Source: a virus
Taxonomy: Duplodnaviria; Heunggongvirae; Uroviricota; Caudoviricetes
Virus record (IMG/VR): IMGVR_UViG_2563366985_000003
Reading direction: 5' to 3' (one strand)
Length of the DNA: 48,122 bases
Positions 33,531 through 42,479 of the stretch are shown here, piece after piece. Both the position numbers and the translations under genes were made by a program. Every line of letters starts with the position of its first letter. Position 1 is the first letter of the stretch. The notes under the pieces were generated by a model, which was given only the letters and a program-made list of their open reading frames with translations, searched no databases and was not told the origin of the DNA.

Positions 33531-33635
33531 TACTTTTTTCTAAACGTCGGATACACAAAGCCCATCGTTGAGAAAATCTTATCCATGTTTTTTGAAAAAT
33601 GCAAACATCATGTCGCCATCTTCAGCAAAAATCAT

Positions 33636-34388
33636 TTATCTCGTCACCTTCCTCAATTGCGCTTCCGCGTATGCTTCTTCCTGCCAGCACTTTGTTACCA
33701 GTTTATCAATGACGTCCGCATACCCCTTATACCACTGATAATCGGTCAGGTCTGGTACCAGCTTCTGGACATGACGTCGTGCCAGCGTGGTCGGTAAACG
33801 ACTAAACCGGTTTCCATTACAACGCCCACAAATCTTATATACCGGTACGCCATGAAACCGGGTTCTTTTTTCATCCAGAACAATCCCTTTACCCTTACAC
33901 CCTCTGCACGCTGTGCTGACTTCGCCCTTACCATGGCAATGCTGACATAGTTCCTTCACCCATTCTTCCTTGATTACAGATTCCCCGCGTCTGTAGTGTT
34001 TCACCACTTCGCGCAATACATTATAAAATCCCGTACCTGAACAATGCTCACAGCGAGCCTTACTTGCCGCAGACCTGGAGTAATCAGCAAAGGCAAAACT
34101 CACGAGGTAAGGAATAATCTGTAACCGGATTTCTTCACTCAATTTGTTCAATGTCGGGTTATCCAGTGCCATCGCGTAATTTAGCAGGCCTTCAATCGCA
34201 AACTGAGGGTCCTGAACACCAACTTTTGCCAGAAATAAGGCCAACCCAAGTGGTGCTTTCGACTGCACCATCCCCTGCGCTGCCATTACATCCGTAATTG
34301 TTAAACAACCGGTGCCTGTCGCTGGAGCGTCATCGCTCAATTTTGGAGATTTTGGGGAGTAATATTTTGGTAAGGCTTCAAGGTTCAT
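33636..34388 (-). CDS. quuQ: Late-gene antiterminator Q
   Basis: About 250 aa with Cys clusters ([30 protein letters not shown]), immediately upstream of the lysis cassette. Confidence 0.8.
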   Translation of the reverse strand: MNLEALPKYYSPKSPKLSDDAPATGTGCLTITDVMAAQGMVQSKAPLGLALFLAKVGVQDPQFAIEGLLNYAMALDNPTLNKLSEEIRLQIIPYLVSFAFADYSRSAASKARCEHCSGTGFYNVLREVVKHYRRGESVIKEEWVKELCQHCHGKGEVSTACRGCKGKGIVLDEKRTRFHGVPVYKICGRCNGNRFSRLPTTLARRHVQKLVPDLTDYQWYKGYADVIDKLVTKCWQEEAYAEAQLRKVTR

Positions 34389-34401
34389 GCTCGTTCTCCA
34401 C

Positions 34402-35490
34402 TTACGCCAGTACGCCAATTGCCAGCGCGCGATCGATAAAACGAAATATCAGCTCCAGTTGGGAGCCATACTTCTCTTCAAATGCCACTGTATCCGTATG
34501 CAGCTCGTTGTGATGCTTTCTGCACAAAGGCAACACAAAGAGATCATGTGCTTTTGTTCCCATTCCGCCCTGCCCGTGACCAATCAGATGATGCGGATCG
34601 TCGGCTGGCATACCGCAGCAAGCACACGGCTGTGTCTTAACCCAACGTGTGTATTTCTCCTTAACCCAGCGGCGACGTTTAGGCAGCTTCATGAAAGATT
34701 CCGGAGACTCTGGATCAACGGTGATGCTTACCACCGTCTTTTCCTGTGGTGGTTTTTGTTGCTGGTAGGCGTAAGGCAACGGTGCAAGATTTTTTGTGCG
34801 TTGTTTCAATATGCTGGTGGCGGTCTGCTCTCCCGGTACGATGTCGCTTTCGCGGTACACCGAGCAGATTTTTTCCGCTGGTAATCCCAGCGAACGACGC
34901 GATACAGCCTCAGGTAGTGCATCCACCACCTGATTGCAGACCGCCCACCAGGATAATTCAGCCAAAGATAATTCCCGCTCCTGCGTACCGCTTATTGCGT
35001 GACGGATGACGTCAATCACCCATGCTGTCAGATTTTGTTGAGCAAGCAGATCCAGTGATTCCGATGTCTGGTCACGCAGTTGGTTGTCGCAGTGCCAACA
35101 CAACACCATTGCGCCGGTACCATAACGGTGAATGACTGTTTCAGAGTGATGGTAATCGCCATTAGGCCACTGGCAGGATGTAACATGACGTAATAGCCAG
35201 TCAGACAATGCGCCAACGCCGCCAGCAGCACGAATCACCCGTTCGTTACTAAAAAACGGCAGCAATGTTTTGTCTTCCACCAGCGGCTGGCGAACGGCAG
35301 GAACGACTCCGGATGGCAGATTACGCATGCTTTTTGGTTCCGGTTCCACCAGCACTCGAGGATTATGAAATATCTGTATGGATTCACGGCCCGGCTTAAG
35401 GACCACCAGCCCAAGCTCAGGCACCAGAACAGGTCTAAGTAATACCCGCACGTTACCTCCAGATCCGTTGCTGGAAAGTGCGGGACGCAC
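34402..35490 (-). CDS. ydfU: YdfU-family (DUF968-like) protein with C-terminal HNH-like Cys/His cluster (NinG/Rap-like position)
   Basis: C-terminal motif PCACCGMPADDPHHLIGHG...CRKHHNELH; upstream of Q; exact start uncertain. Confidence 0.6.
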   Translation of the reverse strand: MRPALSSNGSGGNVRVLLRPVLVPELGLVVLKPGRESIQIFHNPRVLVEPEPKSMRNLPSGVVPAVRQPLVEDKTLLPFFSNERVIRAAGGVGALSDWLLRHVTSCQWPNGDYHHSETVIHRYGTGAMVLCWHCDNQLRDQTSESLDLLAQQNLTAWVIDVIRHAISGTQERELSLAELSWWAVCNQVVDALPEAVSRRSLGLPAEKICSVYRESDIVPGEQTATSILKQRTKNLAPLPYAYQQQKPPQEKTVVSITVDPESPESFMKLPKRRRWVKEKYTRWVKTQPCACCGMPADDPHHLIGHGQGGMGTKAHDLFVLPLCRKHHNELHTDTVAFEEKYGSQLELIFRFIDRALAIGVLA

Positions 35491-35731
35491 GTGGTCGGCG
35501 TTCGGAGTAAGGCAATCTGACTGAGATTATCCAGTGACGGTAGTCGAGGCTAAGGGCTTTCTTAACCTCGTATCCGCGCCTGCGGTAACACTGAATTATC
35601 CATTCAGCCTGCTCTTCAGTGCATGGAGGGTGTTGGAACCATTCAGACTTGAATGCGTGAGAATACCGCTCGTGCGTGCAGACAAGAACGGGCGAATTAT
35701 CAGAATTGTAATATTTTACGTTGCGTGCCAT
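35453..35731 (-). CDS. Hypothetical protein
   Basis: 92-aa ORF between rem and ydfU. Confidence 0.35.
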   Translation of the reverse strand: MARNVKYYNSDNSPVLVCTHERYSHAFKSEWFQHPPCTEEQAEWIIQCYRRRGYEVKKALSLDYRHWIISVRLPYSERRPRASRTFQQRIWR

Positions 35732-35797
35732 CGGTTTTCTCCGGTGGCACGGTGTTACTCAGCGGGAGTTCAGCCCCGCGCAAGATTGTAGATGAGT

Positions 35798-36049
35798 TTA
35801 TTCTTCTGCAAAAGCTGAAAAGCCTGCTTTTATTCCGATCTCTTTCAGTGCCTGTAATGAAGTGACAAACTCACCTTCGCGCAAGATAAATCCGTCCGTG
35901 ACTCGAGCATCCACAAAATTAATTAACGCAGCCCCATTCTTTCGCAAACACAGAATGCGGTAATGACTAACAATGTTTCCATTTTCAACGCACACAGCAT
36001 AGAGGCCATCTTCACAAAAAATTTTACGCAGTTCTTCGATGTTCATCAT
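35798..36049 (-). CDS. rem: Rem-like small prophage protein
   Basis: 83-aa ORF MMNIEELRKIFCEDGLY...; size and position match rem of K-12 Qin from memory. Confidence 0.55.
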   Translation of the reverse strand: MMNIEELRKIFCEDGLYAVCVENGNIVSHYRILCLRKNGAALINFVDARVTDGFILREGEFVTSLQALKEIGIKAGFSAFAEE

Positions 36050-36182
36050 CAGAATCCTTCCGGATAATTAACTCTCCCCTTTAAGGGACCATCCCTCTTA
36101 TCCCTGCGCGCTACTTAAGTATTTTTGATTCTATTCCGGCACCGTCCAGAACTTCAAACGCGTTGAAAATAAAAACAAAAAC

Positions 36183-36208
36183 CCGCCGAAGCGGGTTAAG
36201 TGCGGGTG
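36183..36208 (-). terminator. Intrinsic terminator downstream of hokD
   Basis: AACCCGC-ttcg-GCGGGTT hairpin followed by TTTTTGTTTTT on the minus-strand transcript. Confidence 0.5.
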
Positions 36209-36265
36209 CGTTGAGGATGCCTGTCACATCAGAGGTGGCGAGGGATTTCTCCCTCGCCGGGTCTC

Positions 36266-36421
36266 TTACTCCTCAGGTTCGTAAGCTGTGAAGACAGCGA
36301 CCTCCGTCTGGCCGGTTCGGATTCGTACCTCGCAGAGGTCTTTCCTCGTTACCAGTGCCGTCACTATGACGGTTAAACAGATGACGATCAGGGCGATTAA
36401 CATCGCCTTTTGCTGCTTCAT
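36266..36421 (-). CDS. hokD: Hok-family type I toxin
   Basis: 51 aa MKQQKAMLIALIVICLTVIVTALVTRKDLCEVRIRTGQTEVAVFTAYEPEE. Confidence 0.9.
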   Translation of the reverse strand: MKQQKAMLIALIVICLTVIVTALVTRKDLCEVRIRTGQTEVAVFTAYEPEE

Positions 36422-36611
36422 AGCCTGCTTCTCCTTGCCTTTCGGCACGTAAGAGGCTAACCTACATGTGTCTAGCATGAAATTGGCCTCAGATTAATGT
36501 TAAGCGTCTTGCAGGACGCGTAATGTTAACTGGGGCTTTTCTCTATCTGCCTTTGGTGTTCGTGCCCGAGGCAGATAGCCTCAAGCACCCGCCGTGATTC
36601 TACAAAAACAT
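36422..36611 (-). promoter_or_regulatory. hok mRNA leader (5' tac-like stem-loop, mok-start region; putative antisense sok on opposite strand)
   Basis: Transcript 5' end GCGGGUGCUUGAGGCUAUCUGCCUC... resembles remembered plasmid R1 hok mRNA 5' end; TAGAAT -10 just upstream. Confidence 0.55.
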
Positions 36612-36828
36612 TACCCACCTTTCCAGCAATTCACAACAACTCCATGCAAATAGTAAGTAGAATAATAAGTTATTAGTATTAGCAATTTACTTAGTTTCTA
36701 ATTTGTGCCAATGATTTTCATTTTTGCATGAAAAATACCTTAACATTTTATATTTACTTACTATTTGTAAGCCCCATCAGTTCTTTCTGATGGCGGCTGG
36801 TATTTCAGTTCCAGATATAGTATATGCT

Positions 36829-37857
36829 TTACGCCTTAATAGGGTTAATCACATTTCCGCTATCCGTACCATAGTATTTTTTTGTAGTCATGCCTTGTTT
36901 ATAATAATCATTTAACAGTTTGAGAAAGTTTCTTCCTTGCCTCTCATCTTCTATGACTAATTTACCATGCTCATTGGTCTTAAACTCTTCGTTCTGAAAC
37001 ATTTTTAGCACATCATTCATAGCTTGAACATCATTCTTTTCCAGAGCCGTATGGTTACCTTTCTCAGCGATATGAGTGAGAATTTTTCTCAGTGATGGCT
37101 TATGAAGAATAGCTTGTTCAATAACATCTAAACCTTCAATAAGATCAAGTTCTTTAATTGTATTTAATGTTTTTTGTGCAGCTTCTGTAAACTCAACCTC
37201 CAAGCCTACAATAGCCTCAAAACTTTTCTTATGAAATACATAAAATTGATCTTTTATATAAATACAATCGATTTTGTCATCAAAATTGACTGCGCTGCCA
37301 TCAAATGATCTTAACTCTTTATCTGTTTTATCAAACAAAGCGAATACGCGCTGAGTCATATTTTGTGGTTCATTTGTTGTGACTTTCCCCCTGCTGATTT
37401 TTCGGAAAGAATAAGTGACGTCAGCCCCCTTTTGGACTTTAATACAATAGGCCCACAAATCATTCTGAACCTCAGCAAGAGAGGTAAGTACAACTGGTTT
37501 ATCATTCTTTATATCGTTATTAATAACTTTTGAAAACGATATCGCGTTATTCATAGCATAGGCATAAATCTTATTATCAATATCATCATCAATAACAGTA
37601 TACTTTTTCATCACAATATCATCTTTCGAAGCATGAGAAATAATCTGGTTTGATAAAGTATACTTAAAAAATTTAGCAATATCTGGAGCGATTGGAGCTT
37701 TAATGATTTTAAAATCGAATTTATCAACAACTCTTGCGGTTCTACTCATACCCGCTTTAAGATGTCTAGTAATGAAATACAACGATATTTTCGCCGCATC
37801 ATCATCCTTAAGTTGCTCAGCATACTCTAATAATTCTTCAAGCTTTAACATTTTCAT
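36829..37857 (-). CDS. Candidate defence-module partner protein (342 aa, soluble, no recognisable catalytic motif; KwaB-like size)
   Basis: AT-rich ORF overlapping the upstream membrane-protein gene by 4 bp; function inferred from context only. Confidence 0.6.
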   Translation of the reverse strand: MKMLKLEELLEYAEQLKDDDAAKISLYFITRHLKAGMSRTARVVDKFDFKIIKAPIAPDIAKFFKYTLSNQIISHASKDDIVMKKYTVIDDDIDNKIYAYAMNNAISFSKVINNDIKNDKPVVLTSLAEVQNDLWAYCIKVQKGADVTYSFRKISRGKVTTNEPQNMTQRVFALFDKTDKELRSFDGSAVNFDDKIDCIYIKDQFYVFHKKSFEAIVGLEVEFTEAAQKTLNTIKELDLIEGLDVIEQAILHKPSLRKILTHIAEKGNHTALEKNDVQAMNDVLKMFQNEEFKTNEHGKLVIEDERQGRNFLKLLNDYYKQGMTTKKYYGTDSGNVINPIKA

Positions 37858-38468
37858 TCCTTATGGGATTCAGCATAAAAAAGTTTTGGGCCCACGTCCT
37901 CAACATCAAGAAGATCATCTTCCTCCAAATACTTTGATTTAGTCAAAACCATACCAGTGCGTTTTTTGTCGCTTTCTAAATCCAAATATGTAACTTGATA
38001 TAAAGTATAATTAATACTTATCGTAGGATTTATAAGTATCATGCTTGAATTAATATATATTAAAGCCGTTACCGTTAACAATATTGCTATAGGTATAACA
38101 TTAGTTAAAGTGGATAGATCCTGAAATACAAACGGAATTATATATGTAAAAAGATAGCTTATTGATTCATTGTTTTTATTTTCAATATCTATAACTCTTA
38201 CAGTTCTACCACTAGTGGCGCATCGACGTTTTATATTTTTTAAAAAAATTGTTAATCCTACAATACCAAATAATGATAATACACCAATGACACTGACCGC
38301 GCCAAAGTATTTAAAGAAAATAGTTAATGATTCAACACTTATACCTTTCCAATTTAAATAGCTTCTATAAGTATACAATTGCACAAAACACATGATAAAG
38401 AATAGGGGAAGGTATGACACTATAAATAGCGAAACTCTAGCACCTAAATGTAGTTTATTTACTCTCAT
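37854..38468 (-). CDS. Candidate defence-module membrane protein (204 aa, four predicted TM helices, acidic C-terminal tail; KwaA-like architecture)
   Basis: Four hydrophobic segments (approx. 12-31, 55-76, 103-115, 123-146); AT-rich; first gene of two-gene operon. Confidence 0.6.
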   Translation of the reverse strand: MRVNKLHLGARVSLFIVSYLPLFFIMCFVQLYTYRSYLNWKGISVESLTIFFKYFGAVSVIGVLSLFGIVGLTIFLKNIKRRCATSGRTVRVIDIENKNNESISYLFTYIIPFVFQDLSTLTNVIPIAILLTVTALIYINSSMILINPTISINYTLYQVTYLDLESDKKRTGMVLTKSKYLEEDDLLDVEDVGPKLFYAESHKE

Positions 38469-38608
38469 AACTACCCCACAGCCTACACGTCTAGTATTTT
38501 ATGTTATTTCGAATAATTATGCATCAGATTACAATCCTACAATTGTGCATAAAACGAGCATTTTGCTGATTTTTCTGCGGATGCCTGAGACAGACAACCT
38601 CAAGCACC

Positions 38609-38644
38609 CGCAGCAATTTTACTTAACTCCCGCTACCTCGCCAA
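38609..38644 (-). promoter_or_regulatory. Putative sigma70 promoter and hok-like transcript start driving the two-gene module
   Basis: -35 TTGGCG, 17-bp spacer, -10 TAAAAT, then GCGGGTGCTTGAGG (second copy of hok mRNA 5'-end sequence). Confidence 0.4.
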
Positions 38645-38676
38645 TATGAAATCAATAAGAAAGGTGCTCCATAAAA

Positions 38677-39363
38677 TCACTCCTTCTCTTCTTTATCGTA
38701 GTGGAGTTGACCAATTTTGATAAGAGGGCGTCCCTGAGATTTGCGGTGTAGATTGGTATCGCGCAGAGAATACACACAGCCACAATATTCCTGCTGATAG
38801 AATTTTTCGCGCTTGCTGATTTCAATCATGCGGGACGAGCCGCCCTGCTTGCGCCAGTTATAATCCCAGTACACCATGCCCGGATAATGCGCGACGGCTC
38901 GCCGCCCACAGTCGTTAACCTGCTGCATATTTTTCCAGCGTGAAATGCCCAGTGAACTGCTGATCACACTGAAACCATTTTCAGCAGCGTACAGCGCTGT
39001 CCGCTCAAAACGCATGTCAAAACACATGGTACAACGGATCCCCCTCTCGGGCTCCCATTCCATTCCTTTGGCACGTTCAAACCAGTTGTCTGTGTCGTAA
39101 TCAGCATCAATAAATGGCACGCCGTGTTGTTCAGCAAAGCGAATATTCTCATCCTTACGAATTAAATACTCTTTCTGAGGATGAATGTTCGGGTTGTAGA
39201 AAAAGATGGTATAGTCGATTCCCGAGGCCTGAAGCGCCTCCATCACTTCACCGGAACATGGAGCACAGCAAGAGTGCAGTAGTAGTTTGTTTGCCCCGTT
39301 TGGGAGCTCCAATTTAGGCCGTTTGAAATCAGCAATAGTCATAAATATTTTTATTGGGGTCAT
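38677..39363 (-). CDS. queH: Epoxyqueuosine reductase QueH homologue (DUF208)
   Basis: 228 aa with hallmark motifs [21 protein letters not shown]-terminal YCGCVYS. Confidence 0.8.
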   Translation of the reverse strand: MTPIKIFMTIADFKRPKLELPNGANKLLLHSCCAPCSGEVMEALQASGIDYTIFFYNPNIHPQKEYLIRKDENIRFAEQHGVPFIDADYDTDNWFERAKGMEWEPERGIRCTMCFDMRFERTALYAAENGFSVISSSLGISRWKNMQQVNDCGRRAVAHYPGMVYWDYNWRKQGGSSRMIEISKREKFYQQEYCGCVYSLRDTNLHRKSQGRPLIKIGQLHYDKEEKE

Positions 39364-39544
39364 GAAAATAGCACAGAGTGTAGCATCAGAGCAGGGCTAT
39401 CGGGAATAGATGTCTAAATCTGGTAATATCTGCTTTTGACGCAAAGCAGACAACCACGCTAGCTCAATCCTGTGCCGTGAAAATGTCAATTCACATCTGA
39501 ACTAATGCTCTTTAATCTAGTTACGTCTATAAATAACGAAAATT

Positions 39545-39943
39545 TCACTGATAAAATGCCAGTATGCGCTGCATAACTTCGCTCTTCCGGCACTCACAGC
39601 AAATTATGTTTTGGTGCCTGTCATAACGACGTATTTCTCCGTCAGGTAATGACCAGATAAGGTCCGGATCAACCACAGATGTTTTCTTCGCCTTTGCCCT
39701 CGAGAGTTTTTTGCGGGCGTTTTGCCAGTCCTTACGAGCCTGTTCAGACGGGAATAACCCGTAGCCAGAGTTATATACATCACCACTGGCAACCAGCTCT
39801 CTGGCGAGAACGCTCATCAGATATCTTGTCGCACCTGTCTTGGCTTCCAGTTGCCGTAACGTCTCGCGCCCACTCCGGCGTACTAGCTCAACAACCTGCC
39901 CCTTGATTTTTTCCCGCTCTTCTTGTGTAAAAACTTTTGCCAC
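39545..39943 (-). CDS. Hypothetical protein
   Basis: 132-aa ORF between replication gene and queH; basic C-terminal half with CCEC motif. Confidence 0.4.
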   Translation of the reverse strand: MAKVFTQEEREKIKGQVVELVRRSGRETLRQLEAKTGATRYLMSVLARELVASGDVYNSGYGLFPSEQARKDWQNARKKLSRAKAKKTSVVDPDLIWSLPDGEIRRYDRHQNIICCECRKSEVMQRILAFYQ

Positions 39944-39983
39944 AAGTCCCCCTTAAAATTACCTCATGACCTGAAATCAACAC

Positions 39984-41003
39984 TTATCCCCTGAAACCAG
40001 GCGGAATTTCTGTATCCGGTTCAGAAATATGATTCACACAACGCTGTACAGGTGAACGTCCCAGGCGGATGACCAGTTCGTCCCATTTTTCGCGGAGTTT
40101 TGACGGGCTCATGATGTTTTTTACCCAGAATGGATCCCGCTGTACCCGACCAAACATTTCGCAAATTTGTCTGTGGCTTCTGCCATCCAGCATCCGCATT
40201 GTGCGCACGTCATTGGCCCAGGCTGTCCAGTTAGGCTCTTTTGGTCGCATGATCTCTCCATCGTCGCTGGCAGCCTGTTCGTAAAGGTTCACGATCCGCC
40301 CCCAAATCCACTGCGCACACGCCAAATCCTCCCTGCTACCCCACTGGCGTTTTTTCACACTAAACACAACCGCGTCGGGGTTCCGGGTTAAAAAATCCTG
40401 TTCAGTCGTCTGCGGGTCCGGTTGCGAAGCTTCCGGACGAAAAGTGTTTTTATTCTCTGTAGTAATCTCTGTTGTATTCTCTGTAAGATCATCAGGCCAT
40501 TTTGACCCGATGACATTGGGTCGTTTTGAACCAATGGAGCGTTTCATTTTGACCTCTTCCATCGTGTCATTTTGACCTGATGGAGCGGCGCATTTTGAAC
40601 CGATGGATTCGTTCAATTTGCCACCATCTAAAAGCTCGCTCCCATAGTTGATCGTGTAGAAATTGGTCATATCGCGCTTTGATTTATTGAGCTTTTCACA
40701 ACGCAAAAGCCCCAGCGTTTTCAGACTTGCAAACGCGCGCTTTAACGTTGACTCTGACCAGAATGGGAACTGTTCCAGCCATTGTTCCGTTGTGTTGTAA
40801 ATCCAGCGAACACCATCACATTCCATGCCGGAATTGGTATCTCTCAACCAGTAATGCAATTGCTGCAACACAATGGCTTCATTTAAGCCAATCTTCATCG
40901 CAAGCTGTGTGTTTATAACCAGTGGGCGTTCAGCAAAAAGAAGGCTCATAATTCCATCCAGCTTTTTGTTGGTATTGCTGTCGATACGCAAGTTTGAAAG
41001 CAA
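39984..41003 (-). CDS. Replication initiation protein (O-like; phage replisome-organiser N-terminal domain)
   Basis: N-terminal domain resembles replisome-organiser family; gene contains ori-type iterons; start may be internal Met at 40949. Confidence 0.7.
   Translation of the reverse strand: MLSNLRIDSNTNKKLDGIMSLLFAERPLVINTQLAMKIGLNEAIVLQQLHYWLRDTNSGMECDGVRWIYNTTEQWLEQFPFWSESTLKRAFASLKTLGLLRCEKLNKSKRDMTNFYTINYGSELLDGGKLNESIGSKCAAPSGQNDTMEEVKMKRSIGSKRPNVIGSKWPDDLTENTTEITTENKNTFRPEASQPDPQTTEQDFLTRNPDAVVFSVKKRQWGSREDLACAQWIWGRIVNLYEQAASDDGEIMRPKEPNWTAWANDVRTMRMLDGRSHRQICEMFGRVQRDPFWVKNIMSPSKLREKWDELVIRLGRSPVQRCVNHISEPDTEIPPGFRG
40497..40615. repeat. Replication-origin iterons inside the O-like gene
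   Basis: Five direct repeats of about 19 bp (CATTTTGACCCGATGA / CGTTTTGAACCAATGGAG / CATTTTGACCTGATGGAG / CATTTTGAACCGATGGAT ...) at about 23-bp spacing. Confidence 0.7.
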
Positions 41004-41451
41004 TTGCTTTTTCTATAAGTTCGTCAGTTTCACGATCCACTACGGCAGGATCAGCAAAAAGCAGTCCGGACTCCACCACATCGCCATATTCTTTGTTTAA
41101 CCCGGCGATCATGTACGTGATGCTTTTTCCGTCACTAATTTCACGATACAACCTGAAATCATTAATCCGAATAGCCTCCATAATTGCAGGCACTAGCGCC
41201 GTGAACTTTTCACGCTTATCCCTGGTGTCGATAGCCTTCCAGCGTTCGAATATCTTCACTCGATTAACGCTAAGCGCTCGCTGATCAACCGCGCCACCTT
41301 CATATGTGACACGCTGAACATCGATGTTCGGGCGCTCTTTCAAAGCCCAGAATGCTTCAGTGATTAATATCGTCGCCTGCTCCTGTGTCATTCCTGGTCG
41401 ACATATCCAGGCATCCAGAGCCTCACGAGCCTGTTCAGGAGTGATTTTCAT
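40930..41451 (-). CDS. Hypothetical early-region protein (cII position)
   Basis: 173-aa ORF directly downstream of dicC; family not recognised. Confidence 0.4.
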   Translation of the reverse strand: MKITPEQAREALDAWICRPGMTQEQATILITEAFWALKERPNIDVQRVTYEGGAVDQRALSVNRVKIFERWKAIDTRDKREKFTALVPAIMEAIRINDFRLYREISDGKSITYMIAGLNKEYGDVVESGLLFADPAVVDRETDELIEKAIAFKLAYRQQYQQKAGWNYEPSFC

Positions 41452-41665
41452 TGTTCAACCGCCCCGCCCGCTTCGTCTTACGATATTCGTCATAAACTTT
41501 GGGATCATACTGAAGCTCCCCGCCAGATGCCTCCTGTAGACGCATCGCGCGACCTTCGGGAACTAAATCCCCTTTCCAGCTATAAAGCGAAGCCAAACGA
41601 ATACCTGCTGCTTGTGCAAGTTTTGTTTTTGAACCGAAATACAAAAGAGCGTCAGTTTTAAGCAT
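41435..41665 (-). CDS. dicC: Cro-like repressor DicC
   Basis: 76 aa MLKTDALLYFGSKTKLAQAAGIRLASLYSWKGD..., divergent from dicA. Confidence 0.85.
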   Translation of the reverse strand: MLKTDALLYFGSKTKLAQAAGIRLASLYSWKGDLVPEGRAMRLQEASGGELQYDPKVYDEYRKTKRAGRLNNENHS

Positions 41666-41680
41666 TTAAAACACCTTAGT

Positions 41681-41747
41681 TGTTAGTCATGGCTAACAAA
41701 ATAGATGTTAACAAAAACATAGTCAATACGATTTAGCATTAGCTAAC
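41681..41747. promoter_or_regulatory. dicA/dicC divergent promoter region with operator-like palindromes
   Basis: TGTTAGTCATGGCTAACA (41681-41698) and TTAGCTAAC (41739-41747) between the divergent genes. Confidence 0.5.
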
Positions 41748-41748
41748 T

Positions 41749-42156
41749 ATGGATACAAAAAATTTAACCATCGGCGAACGCATTAGGTATCGTCGGAAAA
41801 ACCTCAAACACACCCAAAGGTCTCTTGCTAAAGCCCTGAAAATCTCCCATGTGTCTGTATCACAATGGGAACGGGATGATAGTGAACCTACAGGGAAGAA
41901 CCTTTTTGCCCTCAGCAAAGTATTGCAATGCTCACCAACATGGATTCTATTTGGCGATGAAGACAAGCAACCAACACCACCTGTTGAGAAGCCGGTTGCC
42001 TTAGCCCCCAAAGAACTAGAGCTCCTTGAGCTGTTTAATGCACTGCCAGAATCAGAACAGGATACCCAGCTCGCCGAAATGCGAGCTCGAGTAAAAAATT
42101 TCAATAAACTCTTTGAAGAATTACTAAAAGCCCGTCAGCGGACAAATAAAAGATAA
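41749..42156 (+). CDS. dicA: HTH (XRE-family) repressor DicA
   Basis: 135 aa MDTKNLTIGERIRYRRKNLKHTQRSLAKALKISHVSVSQWERDD... matches remembered DicA. Confidence 0.9.
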   Translation: MDTKNLTIGERIRYRRKNLKHTQRSLAKALKISHVSVSQWERDDSEPTGKNLFALSKVLQCSPTWILFGDEDKQPTPPVEKPVALAPKELELLELFNALPESEQDTQLAEMRARVKNFNKLFEELLKARQRTNKR

Positions 42157-42191
42157 CATCATCAATGAGTTATCTTTTATTATATCAATTA

Positions 42192-42243
42192 TGTTAGCCA
42201 TAACATACAAAATCACTTGACCAATATGTTAGTCATAGCTAAT
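42192..42243 (+). promoter_or_regulatory. Operator-like repeats at the promoter of the ydfA-dicF-dicB operon
   Basis: ATGTTAGCCATAACAT and TGTTAGTCATAGCTAAT, same motif as the dicA/dicC operators. Confidence 0.45.
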
Positions 42244-42322
42244 CTTGTTTACATCAACACACCGCACGGTGTTCTCAGCAAACAGTTCCGCCACCCCGGC
42301 GTTAAGGGGAAATGAGGTCAGC

Positions 42323-42478
42323 ATGGATACTATCGATCTTGGCAACAGCGAATCTCTGGTATGTGGCGTGTTCCCCAACCAAGACGGCACGTTCACCGCG
42401 ATGACGTATACCAAAAGCAAAACGTTTAAAACCGAAAATGGTGCCCGTCGCTGGCTGGAAAGAAACTCAGGTGAGTGA
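42323..42478 (+). CDS. ydfA: YdfA-like small protein
   Basis: 51 aa MDTIDLGNSESLVCGVFPNQDGTFTAMTYTKSKTFKTENGARRWLERNSGE. Confidence 0.7.
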   Translation: MDTIDLGNSESLVCGVFPNQDGTFTAMTYTKSKTFKTENGARRWLERNSGE

Positions 42479-42479
42479 T

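Noticed and set aside
36266-36478. 70-aa extended hok ORF starting at 36478
   Set aside because: The conserved Hok toxin is the 51-aa product from the internal Met (36421); the in-frame upstream extension is leader sequence (mok-like region), not a longer toxin.
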